From contig CAXXWW010000003.1 in assembly GCA_963665215.2 (NCBI GenBank), positions 94,526-158,525 on the forward strand: a DNA stretch of 64,000 nt, read 5' to 3'. The translations under genes and the position numbers were made by a program. Positions 19,203-29,556 of this stretch are shown here, in pieces. The notes under the pieces were generated by a model. The model was not told the origin of the DNA. It saw only the letters and a list, made by a program, of their open reading frames with translations, and made no database searches. This stretch comes from Dehalococcoidia bacterium (GTDB lineage: Bacteria; Chloroflexota; Dehalococcoidia; Lucifugimonadales; CAUZJF01). Every line of letters starts with the position of its first letter. Positions within the stretch are counted from its first letter, which is position 1.

Positions 19203-20570
19203 GAGGTTACGTCAATAGGTGTGTAAACGACATCAGGCGGCGACCTTCTCAGCCGTTGATTCAATGGCGATTCCATCCGCATACTGTGCACCGAGATAGA
19301 CGTCTTCGATCAACTCAGGGGCCTTCAGACGCCTGAAGCGCTGTTCGGCGACCATCAACATTTTCCAGATCACCGCTATCGCCCGATCGACCCTCTTGTA
19401 GCGCTTGGCGGCATCGGTCCGAAGCCTGAGGGCCGCGAAGGGTGATTCTACCGGGTTCGTCGTGCGAAGGTGCCCCCAGTGCTCCTTTGGGAAGTCATAG
19501 AAGGTGACCATGCGGTCCCAGTCCCGCTCCAAGGCCTCTGAGGCCGCCTCGTAGGAATGGTCGCCGCACCACCTGGTGAACACCGTCCTGAGCCGCTCAG
19601 CCTCTGTCCGAGTCGGCGCGTAGGGGATAGTACGCAGCATGAGCTTGGCCTGGTCCTGTTGTCGCTTTGGAAGCTTGGCGAGCACGTTTACGATCTTGTG
19701 GTTCCAGCAGCGTTGCTCTGCCGCCTGCGGATAGACGTTGCGCAGAGCTCCCCAGATGCCCAGGTGTCCGTCTCCAACCACCAGCCTCGGGCAGCTCAAG
19801 CCCCGGCGCTTGATGTCCCTGAGCACCTCGGACCAGTTCTCTGTGGACTCCCTGTATCCGGGAACAGCGCTCACCACCACCTTGCTCCCGTCGCTCAGGG
19901 CCGCCATCACCACCAGTACCGCCGCCTTCTCCTTCTCAAGACCAGCCTTGACGTAGACTCCATCCACCCACATGTAGACCACTTCCAGGTCATCGAGGGG
20001 CCGGCTGCGCCATTGGGCAAGCTCATCGTTCCACTTATCCTTCAACCGGGCCACCGTGCTCGCCGATACCGGTGCGTCCTCTCCCAGCAGCCCCCGCAAA
20101 GCCAGATCGAAGTCGCCTTCGGATAGACCGTGCAGGTACAGCTCGGGGATCAACTCAGCAACCTTCCTGGTCCTGTTGACGAACAGCGGCAGCAGCCGGC
20201 TCTCGAACTGCTCCTCGGTATCGCGGACTCGCGGCCGCCTCAGCTGTATCGTTCCCGAACTCAGCGTAAGCCTCCGGGCTCTGCCGTATCCGTTCCGATA
20301 GCCGGTATCTGAGTCCGAGTCGGATCTGAGCGCCGACTTCGCCCTTCCCAGAAACGCCGTCACCTCCTCCTCCAGCAACTCCTGGATCAGCCTCTGGACC
20401 TGGCTTCGCACCCAATCCTCCAACTGCTCCCACTCCGGCCTTGACTCCGACCTACTCTCAGTGCTTTCCTTCCTCATGGGCGGTCTATCTCCTCTCTTGG
20501 GCCTCGAGCCCGTGTTGTTCAGAGAGAGGGTACACCGCCTGACTGTTTACACACTTTTTGAAGATACCTC
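19203..20570 (-). mobile_element. IS256-family insertion sequence, copy A (1368 bp)
   Basis: Ends GAGGTTACGTCAATAGGTGTGTAAAC... and ...GTTTACACACTTTTTGAAGATACCTC. Perfect 8-bp target duplication ATGCCAGC at 19195-19202 and 20571-20578. Confidence 0.92.
19233..20477 (-). CDS. IS256-family (mutator-type) transposase, 414 aa
   Basis: Full-length ORF MRKESTESRSESRPEWEQLEDWVRSQVQRLIQELLEEEVTAFLGR... Five near-identical copies in the window. Confidence 0.92.
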   Translation of the reverse strand: MRKESTESRSESRPEWEQLEDWVRSQVQRLIQELLEEEVTAFLGRAKSALRSDSDSDTGYRNGYGRARRLTLSSGTIQLRRPRVRDTEEQFESRLLPLFVNRTRKVAELIPELYLHGLSEGDFDLALRGLLGEDAPVSASTVARLKDKWNDELAQWRSRPLDDLEVVYMWVDGVYVKAGLEKEKAAVLVVMAALSDGSKVVVSAVPGYRESTENWSEVLRDIKRRGLSCPRLVVGDGHLGIWGALRNVYPQAAEQRCWNHKIVNVLAKLPKRQQDQAKLMLRTIPYAPTRTEAERLRTVFTRWCGDHSYEAASEALERDWDRMVTFYDFPKEHWGHLRTTNPVESPFAALRLRTDAAKRYKRVDRAIAVIWKMLMVAEQRFRRLKAPELIEDVYLGAQYADGIAIESTAEKVAA

Positions 20571-20752
20571 ATGCCAGCTTTCGAGGACAAGCTCAGCGAG
20601 TTACAGATGGATGCCATCCTTGCATACATCAAGACCTGGTGGACTGAGGCCCAGCGTCAGGGACAGTCAGACATCTCACAGAGGTACCAAGAGGCACTTG
20701 ACAGACAAAAGCAGGACCAGTGAGTCCCCACTGCGTCGGCAATAGGCCTGGA

Positions 20753-21058
20753 TTATTGGCTGGTTGAATCGGTGCCGTGAAAGTGGTCCCACAACAGGGC
20801 GCGAATCAACCAATGAATCCCGCCGGTATCGAGGATCGCGGCGATTAACGCAATTAGCTGTGGAACGGACGGCGTGGGGAAAAACGCGAGCGAGAGCAGG
20901 CAAAACAGTTGGCCGATCAATGGAAAACCAGAGGGGATTCTGGACTCATTTTGACGAAGACGGTGGTATAGAGGCAGAGTGAAGGAGAGGTGGAAATTTA
21001 CCAGACTAATGAACACGCCGAGAATCAGCAGCAGCCAGCCCACAACTGTTCCTAGCAT
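20753..21058 (-). CDS. Small hypothetical membrane protein
   Basis: 101-aa ORF with three hydrophobic segments (LGTVVGWLLLILGVFISLV, FPLIGQLFCLLSLAFF, LIALIAAILDTGGI). Confidence 0.4.
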   Translation of the reverse strand: MLGTVVGWLLLILGVFISLVNFHLSFTLPLYHRLRQNESRIPSGFPLIGQLFCLLSLAFFPTPSVPQLIALIAAILDTGGIHWLIRALLWDHFHGTDSTSQ

Positions 21059-21348
21059 CGCGTTCGATCGGGCCGCACAACGCTCTGCGCCAACTGCGGG
21101 CTGCGTGCTAGGCCCTGGCGCTTTGCCAGGCGCGCAACCGCTGGTCCGTCAGCCGCGTGCCGTTGTTGGCCGACAATTCCCATATCAAGCTGCGGGCGTC
21201 CATAAAAGTCACAATCCCTGACGAGGGTGATGGTACTGGCGCCTTAGAACGCTGTCAAACGACCTACCGCTCCCACGAATTCGCCCTGGTATCGCGCGGC
21301 ATGTCATAGCAAAAAAAGGGGACTTATCAAGAATGTTACCCATAGCTA

Positions 21349-21477
21349 CTAAGACCGCACAGGCTTGGCAGGCCCTTTTAGCGGGCGCACCAGGGCCTTT
21401 ATCACAGACTCGAACGGCCCGTGAATCGGGGGAATGAGCTTCTTCGGACGGCCCCTCGGCTTCTTCTGCTTCGGCAT
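21349..21477 (-). CDS. 42-aa basic micro-protein with AT-hook-like PRGRPKK motif, translationally coupled to the methyltransferase
   Basis: Read by hand: MPKQKKPRGRPKKLIPPIHGPFESVIKALVRPLKGPAKPVRS*. The ATG at 21477 lies 5 nt after TAGGAGG, whose TAG is the methyltransferase stop codon. Below the ORF-track length cutoff. Confidence 0.4.
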   Translation of the reverse strand: MPKQKKPRGRPKKLIPPIHGPFESVIKALVRPLKGPAKPVRS

Positions 21478-21486
21478 GATGACCTC

Positions 21487-23121
21487 CTACGGCATTACCA
21501 AGCGGGATTGCGTGTTGCCCACAAGCGCCCTAGGGTCCACCGGCGGCAACTTTGGCCTCTCCCCTTTGATCAGCATCTCCTCCACGCTCAAGGCTTGCAT
21601 CACGGGGTAGTCGTCGCCATGTAGCGGAACGCGCCCCTGTTGGGCAGCGAAGGCACGTAGGTTGTGCGCGGGAGGGTACAGGCTGACCATCAGGGACATT
21701 GGAGCATGGATGCCCCGGTTGTTCATGGCCGTCTGTGCGCCTAGGAGCTTGTCCATGTCAGGGCGTCCTACGGGGTTTCTGTGCATCTTTACCTGAATAG
21801 GGATAACTTCGTCGCCTGCCCCGTAGTAGCGGGCGTCCACGCCCCCGTCGCCGGTCTTTTTGCTGTTAGGCACAGCATTGAGCAATCCCGCCACGCGGTC
21901 CTCTGCCCATGCCCAACCCGGTACGCCATCCTCCGCTTCGTCTCGGGTCCGTAGGGCCATGCGCTCGAATTGCTCCCATTCCCAGTCACCCCACTCCAGC
22001 CCATAGACAACCGGTTTGACGGCTTCGCCCCGGCTGGTCAGACGTTGCTCCATGACCCGCACGGCAATGCCGCTGATGTCAATACCTAGGTATTTCCGGC
22101 CTAGCTTGGCTGCTGCGTCTACAGCCGTACCACAGCCGCAGAACGGGTCCAAGACTAGGTCGCCCTCGTTGCTGCTGGCCCGGATGATGCGCTCCAGGAG
22201 GGCCAGGGGCTTCTGAGTCGGATAGCCAATGCGCTCTTTCGCCCGTGAGTTTATCGGGGGTATGTCCGTCCACAAGTCTTGGAGCGGAACTCCAGGCATC
22301 TCATCGAGATACCTTATGTACTCTGCGGTTCCTTTTGAAGTGTAACGAATACGCCCCTTGCTCTCCAATTCGGCCATGCGCTCAGGCGGGCACCGCCAGA
22401 CTCTCGTCACACCGTTCCATTCATATTGGTAACCTCCGCCAGTCAGGCCACCGGCGGTCAAGTTATCAGTCCTGTACCGTCGCCCCGTTGAGTCTTTGAA
22501 ACGATAGTGGCTCTTGATGTACCCGTCATCATAAGCCTGGTATTGACGGTTCCACGTTGACTTGTCACCGTTTACGTAGAACAGTATGGTATCAGTATTG
22601 GCTCCATACCCGTGGGCATCGTTATGGGCTGTGGTACGCTTCCAGGTAATATCCGCTTGGAAGTTTTCCCGCCCCAAAACGGCGTCCAGGAGGATACGGA
22701 GATAATGACCTGCATGGTAGTCGCAGTGGAGATAGATGCTTCCGGTTGGCTTCAAGGCTCTGCCCATCTCTATGAGGCGGCGCCCCATGAATACGCAGTA
22801 GGCCGCCATGGGCGACGTTTGCCCAGCCTGTAGACGGATGCCTTTGAGGGTGTCGAGTACGGGACCGAAGGGCAATCTCTGGAACGTCCGCTCGGTCTCC
22901 GTGGTCCACTGCCAAATGTCCTTGAGCTGTTCGTCAGCCTGTCCCTTATCACCAAACACTGCCACGTAGTGGGCATCGGACTGGAACGGCGGGTCCAGGT
23001 AGATCAGGTCCACGGAGTTGTCGGGGAGGTCCCGGAGTACGTCGATGTTGTCGCTACAGACAAGGGCGTTACCGGCTAAATACTTGGCGTAGTCCTCTGT
23101 GGCGGGAAACAGAGATTGCAT
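21487..23121 (-). CDS. Beta-class N6-adenine/N4-cytosine DNA methyltransferase fused to a C-terminal Mrr-like (PD-(D/E)xK) restriction-endonuclease domain
   Basis: Motif IV DPPF (LIYLDPPFQSD) precedes motif I FCGCGT, giving the beta-class order. The C-terminus GDGGVDARYY...IPIQVKMH...GRPDMDKL resembles the Mrr catalytic domain. AAGGAGGA lies upstream of the ATG at 23121. Confidence 0.8.
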   Translation of the reverse strand: MQSLFPATEDYAKYLAGNALVCSDNIDVLRDLPDNSVDLIYLDPPFQSDAHYVAVFGDKGQADEQLKDIWQWTTETERTFQRLPFGPVLDTLKGIRLQAGQTSPMAAYCVFMGRRLIEMGRALKPTGSIYLHCDYHAGHYLRILLDAVLGRENFQADITWKRTTAHNDAHGYGANTDTILFYVNGDKSTWNRQYQAYDDGYIKSHYRFKDSTGRRYRTDNLTAGGLTGGGYQYEWNGVTRVWRCPPERMAELESKGRIRYTSKGTAEYIRYLDEMPGVPLQDLWTDIPPINSRAKERIGYPTQKPLALLERIIRASSNEGDLVLDPFCGCGTAVDAAAKLGRKYLGIDISGIAVRVMEQRLTSRGEAVKPVVYGLEWGDWEWEQFERMALRTRDEAEDGVPGWAWAEDRVAGLLNAVPNSKKTGDGGVDARYYGAGDEVIPIQVKMHRNPVGRPDMDKLLGAQTAMNNRGIHAPMSLMVSLYPPAHNLRAFAAQQGRVPLHGDDYPVMQALSVEEMLIKGERPKLPPVDPRALVGNTQSRLVMP

Positions 23122-23138
23122 GCCCCGATCCTCCTTAT

Positions 23139-23160
23139 AGCATCCTCTGCCGAGGATGCT
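23139..23160. promoter_or_regulatory. Perfect 9-bp-stem palindrome immediately upstream of the methyltransferase RBS
   Basis: AGCATCCTC-TGCC-GAGGATGCT at 23139-23160; the RBS lies at 23130-23137. Could be an operator or an RNA hairpin. Confidence 0.35.
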
Positions 23161-23725
23161 TCGGGTCGATTAGCTCCGCGTAAGTGAGACTTGCCCACCG
23201 CGCCCGCTGCCATTCTATCCATCTGGTCTTGCGTGTCAAGCGACCGGACGTTATGCCGCCCTGAGAATTCGTCCACGTACCGCCAATGGGCGAGTAGGGA
23301 CAACACGACATTTGCATCAACCCCGACTTTTAGTGCAAAGCCCGATAAGGTCTTGATACCGGAGCCGTTTTCCGTCCATGCCCCGAATGACACTGCGAAC
23401 CTGGTTGATGGTGTCGTTCGATCGACCTTCAAACTCGCTGGCATATGGGTAACATTCTTGATAAGTCCCAAAAAAAGGGGTGGCCCGGCCCTCGACCGGC
23501 ACCGTGCCGTGAGCGGGGGCTCTTCTCCATAATCCGAGGTCAGGGGGCTACCCCCACTGCCCATCTTACGCCAGTTCACGACGCCGACAGATGGTTTTTT
23601 GAGCTAGATTGGCTGGTTGACGGCATTCGTGAGTGATACTACCATGGCTCTCGTCCAGGATGGTGCGGTGCCTGGGTCCAGGGCGGCTTGATATTGGGAA
23701 TTCCGCATGACAGGACGATGACACA

Positions 23726-24619
23726 TTGGAGGAGCTATTGCCGACCTACAGCATAGCGTCAGGCCTTTTCCTGTACGACAAGCAGGGGCAAAACGTCGGC
23801 GACCCGATCGAAGCGATCCGGTCCGTCGCCGCCGGTCGGTTTCCCGAGACAGAGCTGATGGCCGAGGGTGTGGGATGGGAGGAGGGGCCACCGGACCCGA
23901 AGCCTTACCGTGACGCCCTTGCGGAACTCGGTGTCTATGCCCACACAATCCACGCCCCATTCAAGGCCATTAACCTTGCCAGCTTCGACGAATCCGAGCG
24001 CAAGGACGGAGTCGAGCAGGTCGCGGCGGCGATGCATTTTCTCGCGGAAGTGGGCGGGAGGACGATCATCGTCCACCCGACCGGTGGTCCGTCGACGCCG
24101 GGCCTCGCCTACTACACACTGGAGAACGTCGGTGCCGCCACGGAGAACGCCCACAGTTCTATCTCCGAACTGGTGGCGGTGGCCGAGGCTGAAGGGGTTC
24201 GCATGGCGCTTGAGAATCTTCCGGCCAAGGAGAAGGCGGTCCGGCCCTTGGAGACGATGCGGGAGCTGCGGTCATTCATGGCCGACCTTCCGGCCGAATA
24301 CGTCGGCATCTGTCACGACATCGGACACACGCGGCTCATCGGCCTGGATATCGCCGATGAGGCCCGCATCGCATCGGAGCGCCTATACGCCCTTCACATC
24401 CAGGACGGCTCGACAGATTCCGATGATCACCTTCCGCCCGGCCACGGCGTGCTGGACTTCGATTCGTATGCAACAGCCCTAAACGAAATCGAATTCGACG
24501 GGGCCTGGACGCTGGAGGTGCTAGCGAAGAACCATCCTGGCAGCGTCGAGGACGTGGCCATCGAGTTGGCGGATATCCGCGACCGGTGGGAATCCGAGGG
24601 GATGGGGAACATAAGGTAA
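23726..24619 (+). CDS. Sugar phosphate isomerase/epimerase (xylose-isomerase-like TIM barrel) family protein
   Basis: 297-aa ORF. IHAPF, IVHPTG, ALENLP and HIQDG...DDHLPPGHG motifs match the family. TTG start is uncertain. Confidence 0.75.
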   Translation: MEELLPTYSIASGLFLYDKQGQNVGDPIEAIRSVAAGRFPETELMAEGVGWEEGPPDPKPYRDALAELGVYAHTIHAPFKAINLASFDESERKDGVEQVAAAMHFLAEVGGRTIIVHPTGGPSTPGLAYYTLENVGAATENAHSSISELVAVAEAEGVRMALENLPAKEKAVRPLETMRELRSFMADLPAEYVGICHDIGHTRLIGLDIADEARIASERLYALHIQDGSTDSDDHLPPGHGVLDFDSYATALNEIEFDGAWTLEVLAKNHPGSVEDVAIELADIRDRWESEGMGNIR

Positions 24620-24641
24620 GAACAACGGGACTGTCAGCAGC

Positions 24642-25379
24642 ATGGGGACGGCTGGTCTCATGAGCGTTAACTTTCAAGAGCTTGATTACCGTGCAACGCC
24701 CTTGGGACTGCTGACCCTGCGCCGACGCAAGGAGATCACCCTCGGCATCGACATATACGAGATAAAGCTGGATGAAGAGTTCCTGATGTCCAGCCTGTTC
24801 ACTGTGGGCGAGGTCGCCCTCGCAAACCTAGGTCTGGCGGAACTCTCGGAGCCTGAGGTGGACGTGGTCGTCGGAGGGCTAGGGCTAGGCTACACCGCCA
24901 GGACGGTCCTGGAACATCCGGAGGTGCGAGAGCTCCTGGTGGTGGACACTCTGCGGGAGGTGATCGAGTGGCACCAACAGGGCCTCCTTCCGCTGGGCGA
25001 GCAGCTGACTTCCGACCCCAGATGTAGATTTGTGCACGGCGACTTCTTCGCGATGTCCGCCTCGCGTTTCAGAGGATTCGACCCCGAGAATCGCGGCCGG
25101 AGGTTTCACGCCATACTGCTGGACGTAGACCACTCACCCCGAGACGTTTTGCACCCCAGCCACACGCCGTTCTACGAGTCCGACGGCCTGCGCCGGCTTG
25201 TGTCGCACCTCCTGCCCGGCGGGGTCTTTGCCCTGTGGTCCAACGACCCCCCGGACGAGCAGTTCCACATCGCGCTGTCAGAGGTGTTCGGCTACTACGA
25301 GACCCATGTCGTCACCTTCTCCAACCCCATACAGCACCGTGAGGAGGCCAGCACCGTCTATGTCGCCCGAAATGCATGA
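24642..25379 (+). CDS. Spermidine-synthase-like class I SAM-dependent methyltransferase-fold protein
   Basis: 245-aa ORF. VDVVVGGLGLGYTARTVL (GxGxG), the acidic VVDTL strand and ILLDVDHSP are typical of spermine/spermidine-synthase-like proteins. Confidence 0.65.
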   Translation: MGTAGLMSVNFQELDYRATPLGLLTLRRRKEITLGIDIYEIKLDEEFLMSSLFTVGEVALANLGLAELSEPEVDVVVGGLGLGYTARTVLEHPEVRELLVVDTLREVIEWHQQGLLPLGEQLTSDPRCRFVHGDFFAMSASRFRGFDPENRGRRFHAILLDVDHSPRDVLHPSHTPFYESDGLRRLVSHLLPGGVFALWSNDPPDEQFHIALSEVFGYYETHVVTFSNPIQHREEASTVYVARNA

Positions 25380-25406
25380 GCGGATTTTGCGGATAGGCCG
25401 GCCGCT

Positions 25407-25530
25407 TCATTGAAGCCGCATAGCGTAGCCAGTGTCCCTTGACTCCAGGTACTCGTACATCTCGGGCTTGGCAAAGGCAGCATCGGCCCGGAACAGCAGC
25501 CGGACTCCTTGTATCTTGGTTTGGTGTGTA
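25407..25530 (-). pseudogene. Short fragment of another IS1380-like transposase
   Basis: The minus strand encodes ..KIQGVRLLFRADAAFAKPEMYEYLESRDTGYAMRLQ*, resembling the RADSGF... DDE segment of IS1380-type transposases. Bounded by the IS110 element. Confidence 0.4.
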
Positions 25531-25544
25531 ACAATCACTTCACT

Positions 25545-26667
<1,123 letters not shown>

Positions 26668-26920
26668 CTTTCAAGACAGTTGCTTTCTCCTGGTTGACTC
26701 TGCTCTACGCCTCTACTAAGTAAGACGCTGCGAGAAACTGGATGGTTCCAATGAGTCTGCGTCCGCCGCGGAGTCAGGAGTTGGGTCGACAGGCGCCGCC
26801 AGGGGTGCCTCGACCATGACCTCGTATTCTCCTGTGTTGACCGCCCTTGGCCCCGAGCCGTCCTCAACTCCGTCACGTCCCGTCAAGTGGTGTAAGAGTG
26901 CGTCATCCTGTTGATGTTGT

Positions 26921-28129
26921 TTAGGCGGCTGTCGCCTCCGCGAGATCGGCCTCTGGAAGAGCTTCGTTGAAGGTCAGCACGACAGGTGTGATGTATCGAC
27001 GGCCAACGGCCCATTCGTCGTGCTGCTCAGCCAGGACGGCGCCAACGAGGCGGCGCACGGCCGGCCGGTTAGGGAAGATGCCCACCACATCGGTGCGTCG
27101 CCGGATCTCCTTGTTGAGACGCTCCTGTGGGTTGTTGGACCAGATCTTCTTCCAGTGGGCGAGTGGGAAGTTGGAGAAGGCCAGGACGTCGGGTCCGGCC
27201 TCGTCCAGTAGAGAGGCGACCTGAGGGAACCGGTTCTGGAGTTTGATCGGTCACCCTGTCGAGCTGGGCGTGTACCTCATCGGGGGAGGGTTGCTGGTAG
27301 ATGGTGCGCACCATGGTGGCTACCCATGGCTGGGCGCGCCTGGGGACCCGAGTGAGCAGGTTGGTCATGAAGTGGGTGCGGCACCGTTGCCAGCTGGCTC
27401 CGCCGAAGACTGCGGCGATGGCGCCGCGGAGTCCCTGATGAGCGTCCGATACAACCAGCTCCACCCCGCCGAGGCCCCTGGCGGACAGCGAGCGCAGAAA
27501 GGCCAGCCAGAAGGCGCCGTCTTCACTCGTACCCACGTCCATCCCGATGATCTCCCGCTTGCCCTCGCCATTGACCGCCGTCGCCACCACCACGCTGACG
27601 TTGACGATCCTGCCGTCCTCCCTGACCTTCTGGGTCAGTGCGTCCAGCCACAGGTAGGGGTAGGGTCCAGCGGACGGCCCATGAAGCCATCCACCACCAC
27701 GTCCAGCTCCTGACAGATGCGCGACACCTGGCTCTTGGAGATACCCTCACACCCCAGGGCCTTGACCAGATCGTCCACCCGCCTTGTGGATACACCTTCC
27801 ACGTAGGCCTGCTGGATCACAGCCAGCAGAGCTCGCTCGCTGCGACGCCGTGGCTCCAGCAGGCTCGGGAAGTAGCTCCCTTCTCTAAGCTTCGTGATGT
27901 GCAACTCCATAGTCCCTACCCGGGTATCCCACGCCCGGGACCGATACCCGTTGCGCTGGGTCACCCGCTCAGGGCTGCGTTCTCCATACTCAGCACCGAT
28001 CCTCGATGACACCTCCGCATCCATGATCCCCTCTACCAGCACTCTCAGTGCCTCCCGCAGGAAGTCCACGTCACCGTCCATTCCCCCCTTGCGCAATAGC
28101 TCCAGCAGGTCCATCCTTTCCTTGACCAC
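26921..28129 (-). pseudogene. Second, unrelated IS256-family transposase gene with at least two frameshifts
   Basis: Three consecutive frame segments: MVKERMDLLELLRKGGMDGDVDFLREAL... (28129-27635), ...MVVATAVNGEGKREIIGMDVGTSEDGAFW...SDAHQGL... (27593-~27240), and ..[54 protein letters not shown]... ending at 26921. Confidence 0.8.
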
Positions 28130-28268
28130 TGTTGTCCTCCTTTCTCGAGCTTTCTTCTTTGCCCGCTAAGGATGACGCGGTGGTCTCTCTTTCTCCAGAC
28201 CCTCTCCCTCTTACACCACTTCCTGGGACTCTACTTTTCCAACAGCCTGCTAATGCACAGTAGGCAGA

Positions 28269-28301
28269 CCGCCGCCGTCCCCTGAGTGTCAAGGGCGGCG
28301 G
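28269..28301 (-). terminator. GC-rich hairpin just downstream of the TlpA-like gene
   Basis: CCGCCGCC (28269-28276) pairs with GGCGGCGG (28294-28301) across a 17-nt loop, about 20 nt past the stop at 28321. No U-tract. Confidence 0.3.
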
Positions 28302-28320
28302 GATATTGGGACACGGGGAA

Positions 28321-29040
28321 TTAGGAATCTAGCAGGGCTTCAAAAAGCTCTCGCCAGTCCTCCGCGTTCTCGCTTCCGTAGGTGACACTGGACAGGACGA
28401 CGCCGTTGGAGTTGATAGTCACGTGGGCGGCTTGGCGAGTGACGTTGTAACTCTTCACCACCTCCGCATCAGCGGCGGTCATCGGCCAGGAGAATCCTTC
28501 GGCCTTTTTGTAGGACAGGATCTCTTCGGTGCTCTGCAAGGGATCTACGTTCACCGCAAGAAATCCCACGCGGTCCGCGTATTCGGAGTGAACGTCCTTA
28601 AGGTGCCTCAACGAGGCACGGCAGACTGGTCACCAAGTGGTGTAGAAGTAGAGGACTAATGGGCGGCCCTGGAAGCCTTCCAGGCTGACCTGCTCACCCT
28701 CCACGGTGGTCAGCATGAAACCTGGGGCCTTCTGCCCCACCTTGTGGCCTATCTCCACAGCCACTACGGCAGGCGTCGCCGCAGGCTGTTCAGTTTCCGC
28801 CCCTGTGGCAGGGACTATAGGCGTGGACGCCTGGCTGTCAGCAAACGTCTCGGTCCCGGGTGCTTCGCTGCCACAGCCGGCGAGCATAAGGGCGACCATA
28901 GACAGGCATATGGCCAAAGGCAACCACATAGGTCTTCCAGTGAGCGTGAGCAACACTGCCTTTACACGTCCCTTCACTACGTTCGTAGTCGAACTGCGAG
29001 GATAGCAGGTGGAGTTGATAGTGACCATCTCCGCCTGCAC
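28321..29040 (-). CDS. TlpA/ResA-like thioredoxin-fold lipoprotein with in-frame TGA at the first Cys of the WCxxC motif (candidate selenoprotein, or pseudogene)
   Basis: Single frame: ...MWLPLAICLSMVALMLAGC (lipobox)...GQKAPGFMLTTVEGEQVSLEGFQGRPLVLYFYTTW-TGA-PVCRASLRHLKDVHSEYADRVGFLAVNVD... The TGA is at 28630-28632. The true start is probably at 28965 or 28929. Confidence 0.6.
28603..28619 (-). promoter_or_regulatory. SECIS-like hairpin 10 nt downstream of the in-frame UGA
   Basis: The mRNA reads UGA-CCAGUCUGCC-GUGCCUC-GUU-GAGGCAC: a perfect 7-bp stem with a triloop starting with G. Confidence 0.35.
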
Positions 29041-29482
29041 TAAGCAATAAGAGGGTCGTGCAAAGCTAGGGTCTGGCCGTTATAGACAGGCGTGCAAGGC
29101 GCTGAAGATCGCCAAGTCAGCTCGGTCTTCATGACCAGTCATCCTCCGGCCCGGCGCCATCCGCGCCCCATCATACGACAGCCCGAGCAGCCTAGCAGTG
29201 TGACCTGATGGAAACGGGCTGAGACGAGGGTTATCGCCCGGCCATCCAAACTCTGCCCACAAGCGAACCGTCCATCCACGGCTCCAAGAAGCCGGAATTG
29301 GGGACAGAGAACCTTGATTCTCTCGTAAAAAGTCTGTGCAGGTCGAATTAGAACAACCGTGCCCTTGCCTGGGTACAATACACAGTCTCTGTTCCGTGTA
29401 CTACCCCAACATACGGTAGCGCTCAGATGTGCTAAATCGCTGGAACTTCCTCAAAACGGGTTTTTACGAGGGAATCAAGCTT

Positions 29483-29514
29483 GGTCCGCCAGGTAGAAAC
29501 ATACCTGGCGGACC
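29483..29514. terminator. Perfect 13-bp-stem hairpin downstream of the AbiEi-like gene
   Basis: GGTCCGCCAGGTA-GAAACA-TACCTGGCGGACC at 29483-29514, about 43 nt past the stop at 29557. No clear U-tract. Confidence 0.35.
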
Positions 29515-29556
29515 AGGGCCAGGTCTTCACTCCCATACCCGTCTCCGGTGGCCGGT

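Larger units (their letters stand above)
18898..20723 (+). pseudogene. Lipoprotein-type c-type cytochrome gene split by IS256 copy A
   Basis: 18898-19202 encodes MVKGAVYVTFIVVGLGLTAC...CQSCHGDRDG...GFAQMPA (CxxCH haem motif). After removing the IS and one target repeat it continues in frame as FEDKLSELQMDAILAYIKTWW...DQ* to 20723. Confidence 0.8.

Noticed and set aside
19557-20126. 189-aa ORF plus smaller ORFs antisense to the IS256 transposase in all five copies.
   Set aside because: Same reasoning: antisense to a clearly real gene, with biased composition. They recur only because the IS recurs.
23076-23579. Candidate controller/HTH gene upstream of the methyltransferase: a 167-aa frame containing IKTLSGFALKVGVDANVV, or the overlapping 61-aa frames.
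   Set aside because: Not listed as a feature. Two or three overlapping frames all look semi-plausible and I cannot decide between them without homology or codon statistics. The region is kept only as part of the methyltransferase finding.
29080-29556. Several 60-138-aa ORFs between the TlpA-like and AbiEi-like genes.
   Set aside because: Arg/Pro/Gly-rich, overlapping one another on both strands, with no RBS. Only the 13-bp-stem hairpin in this interval is reported.
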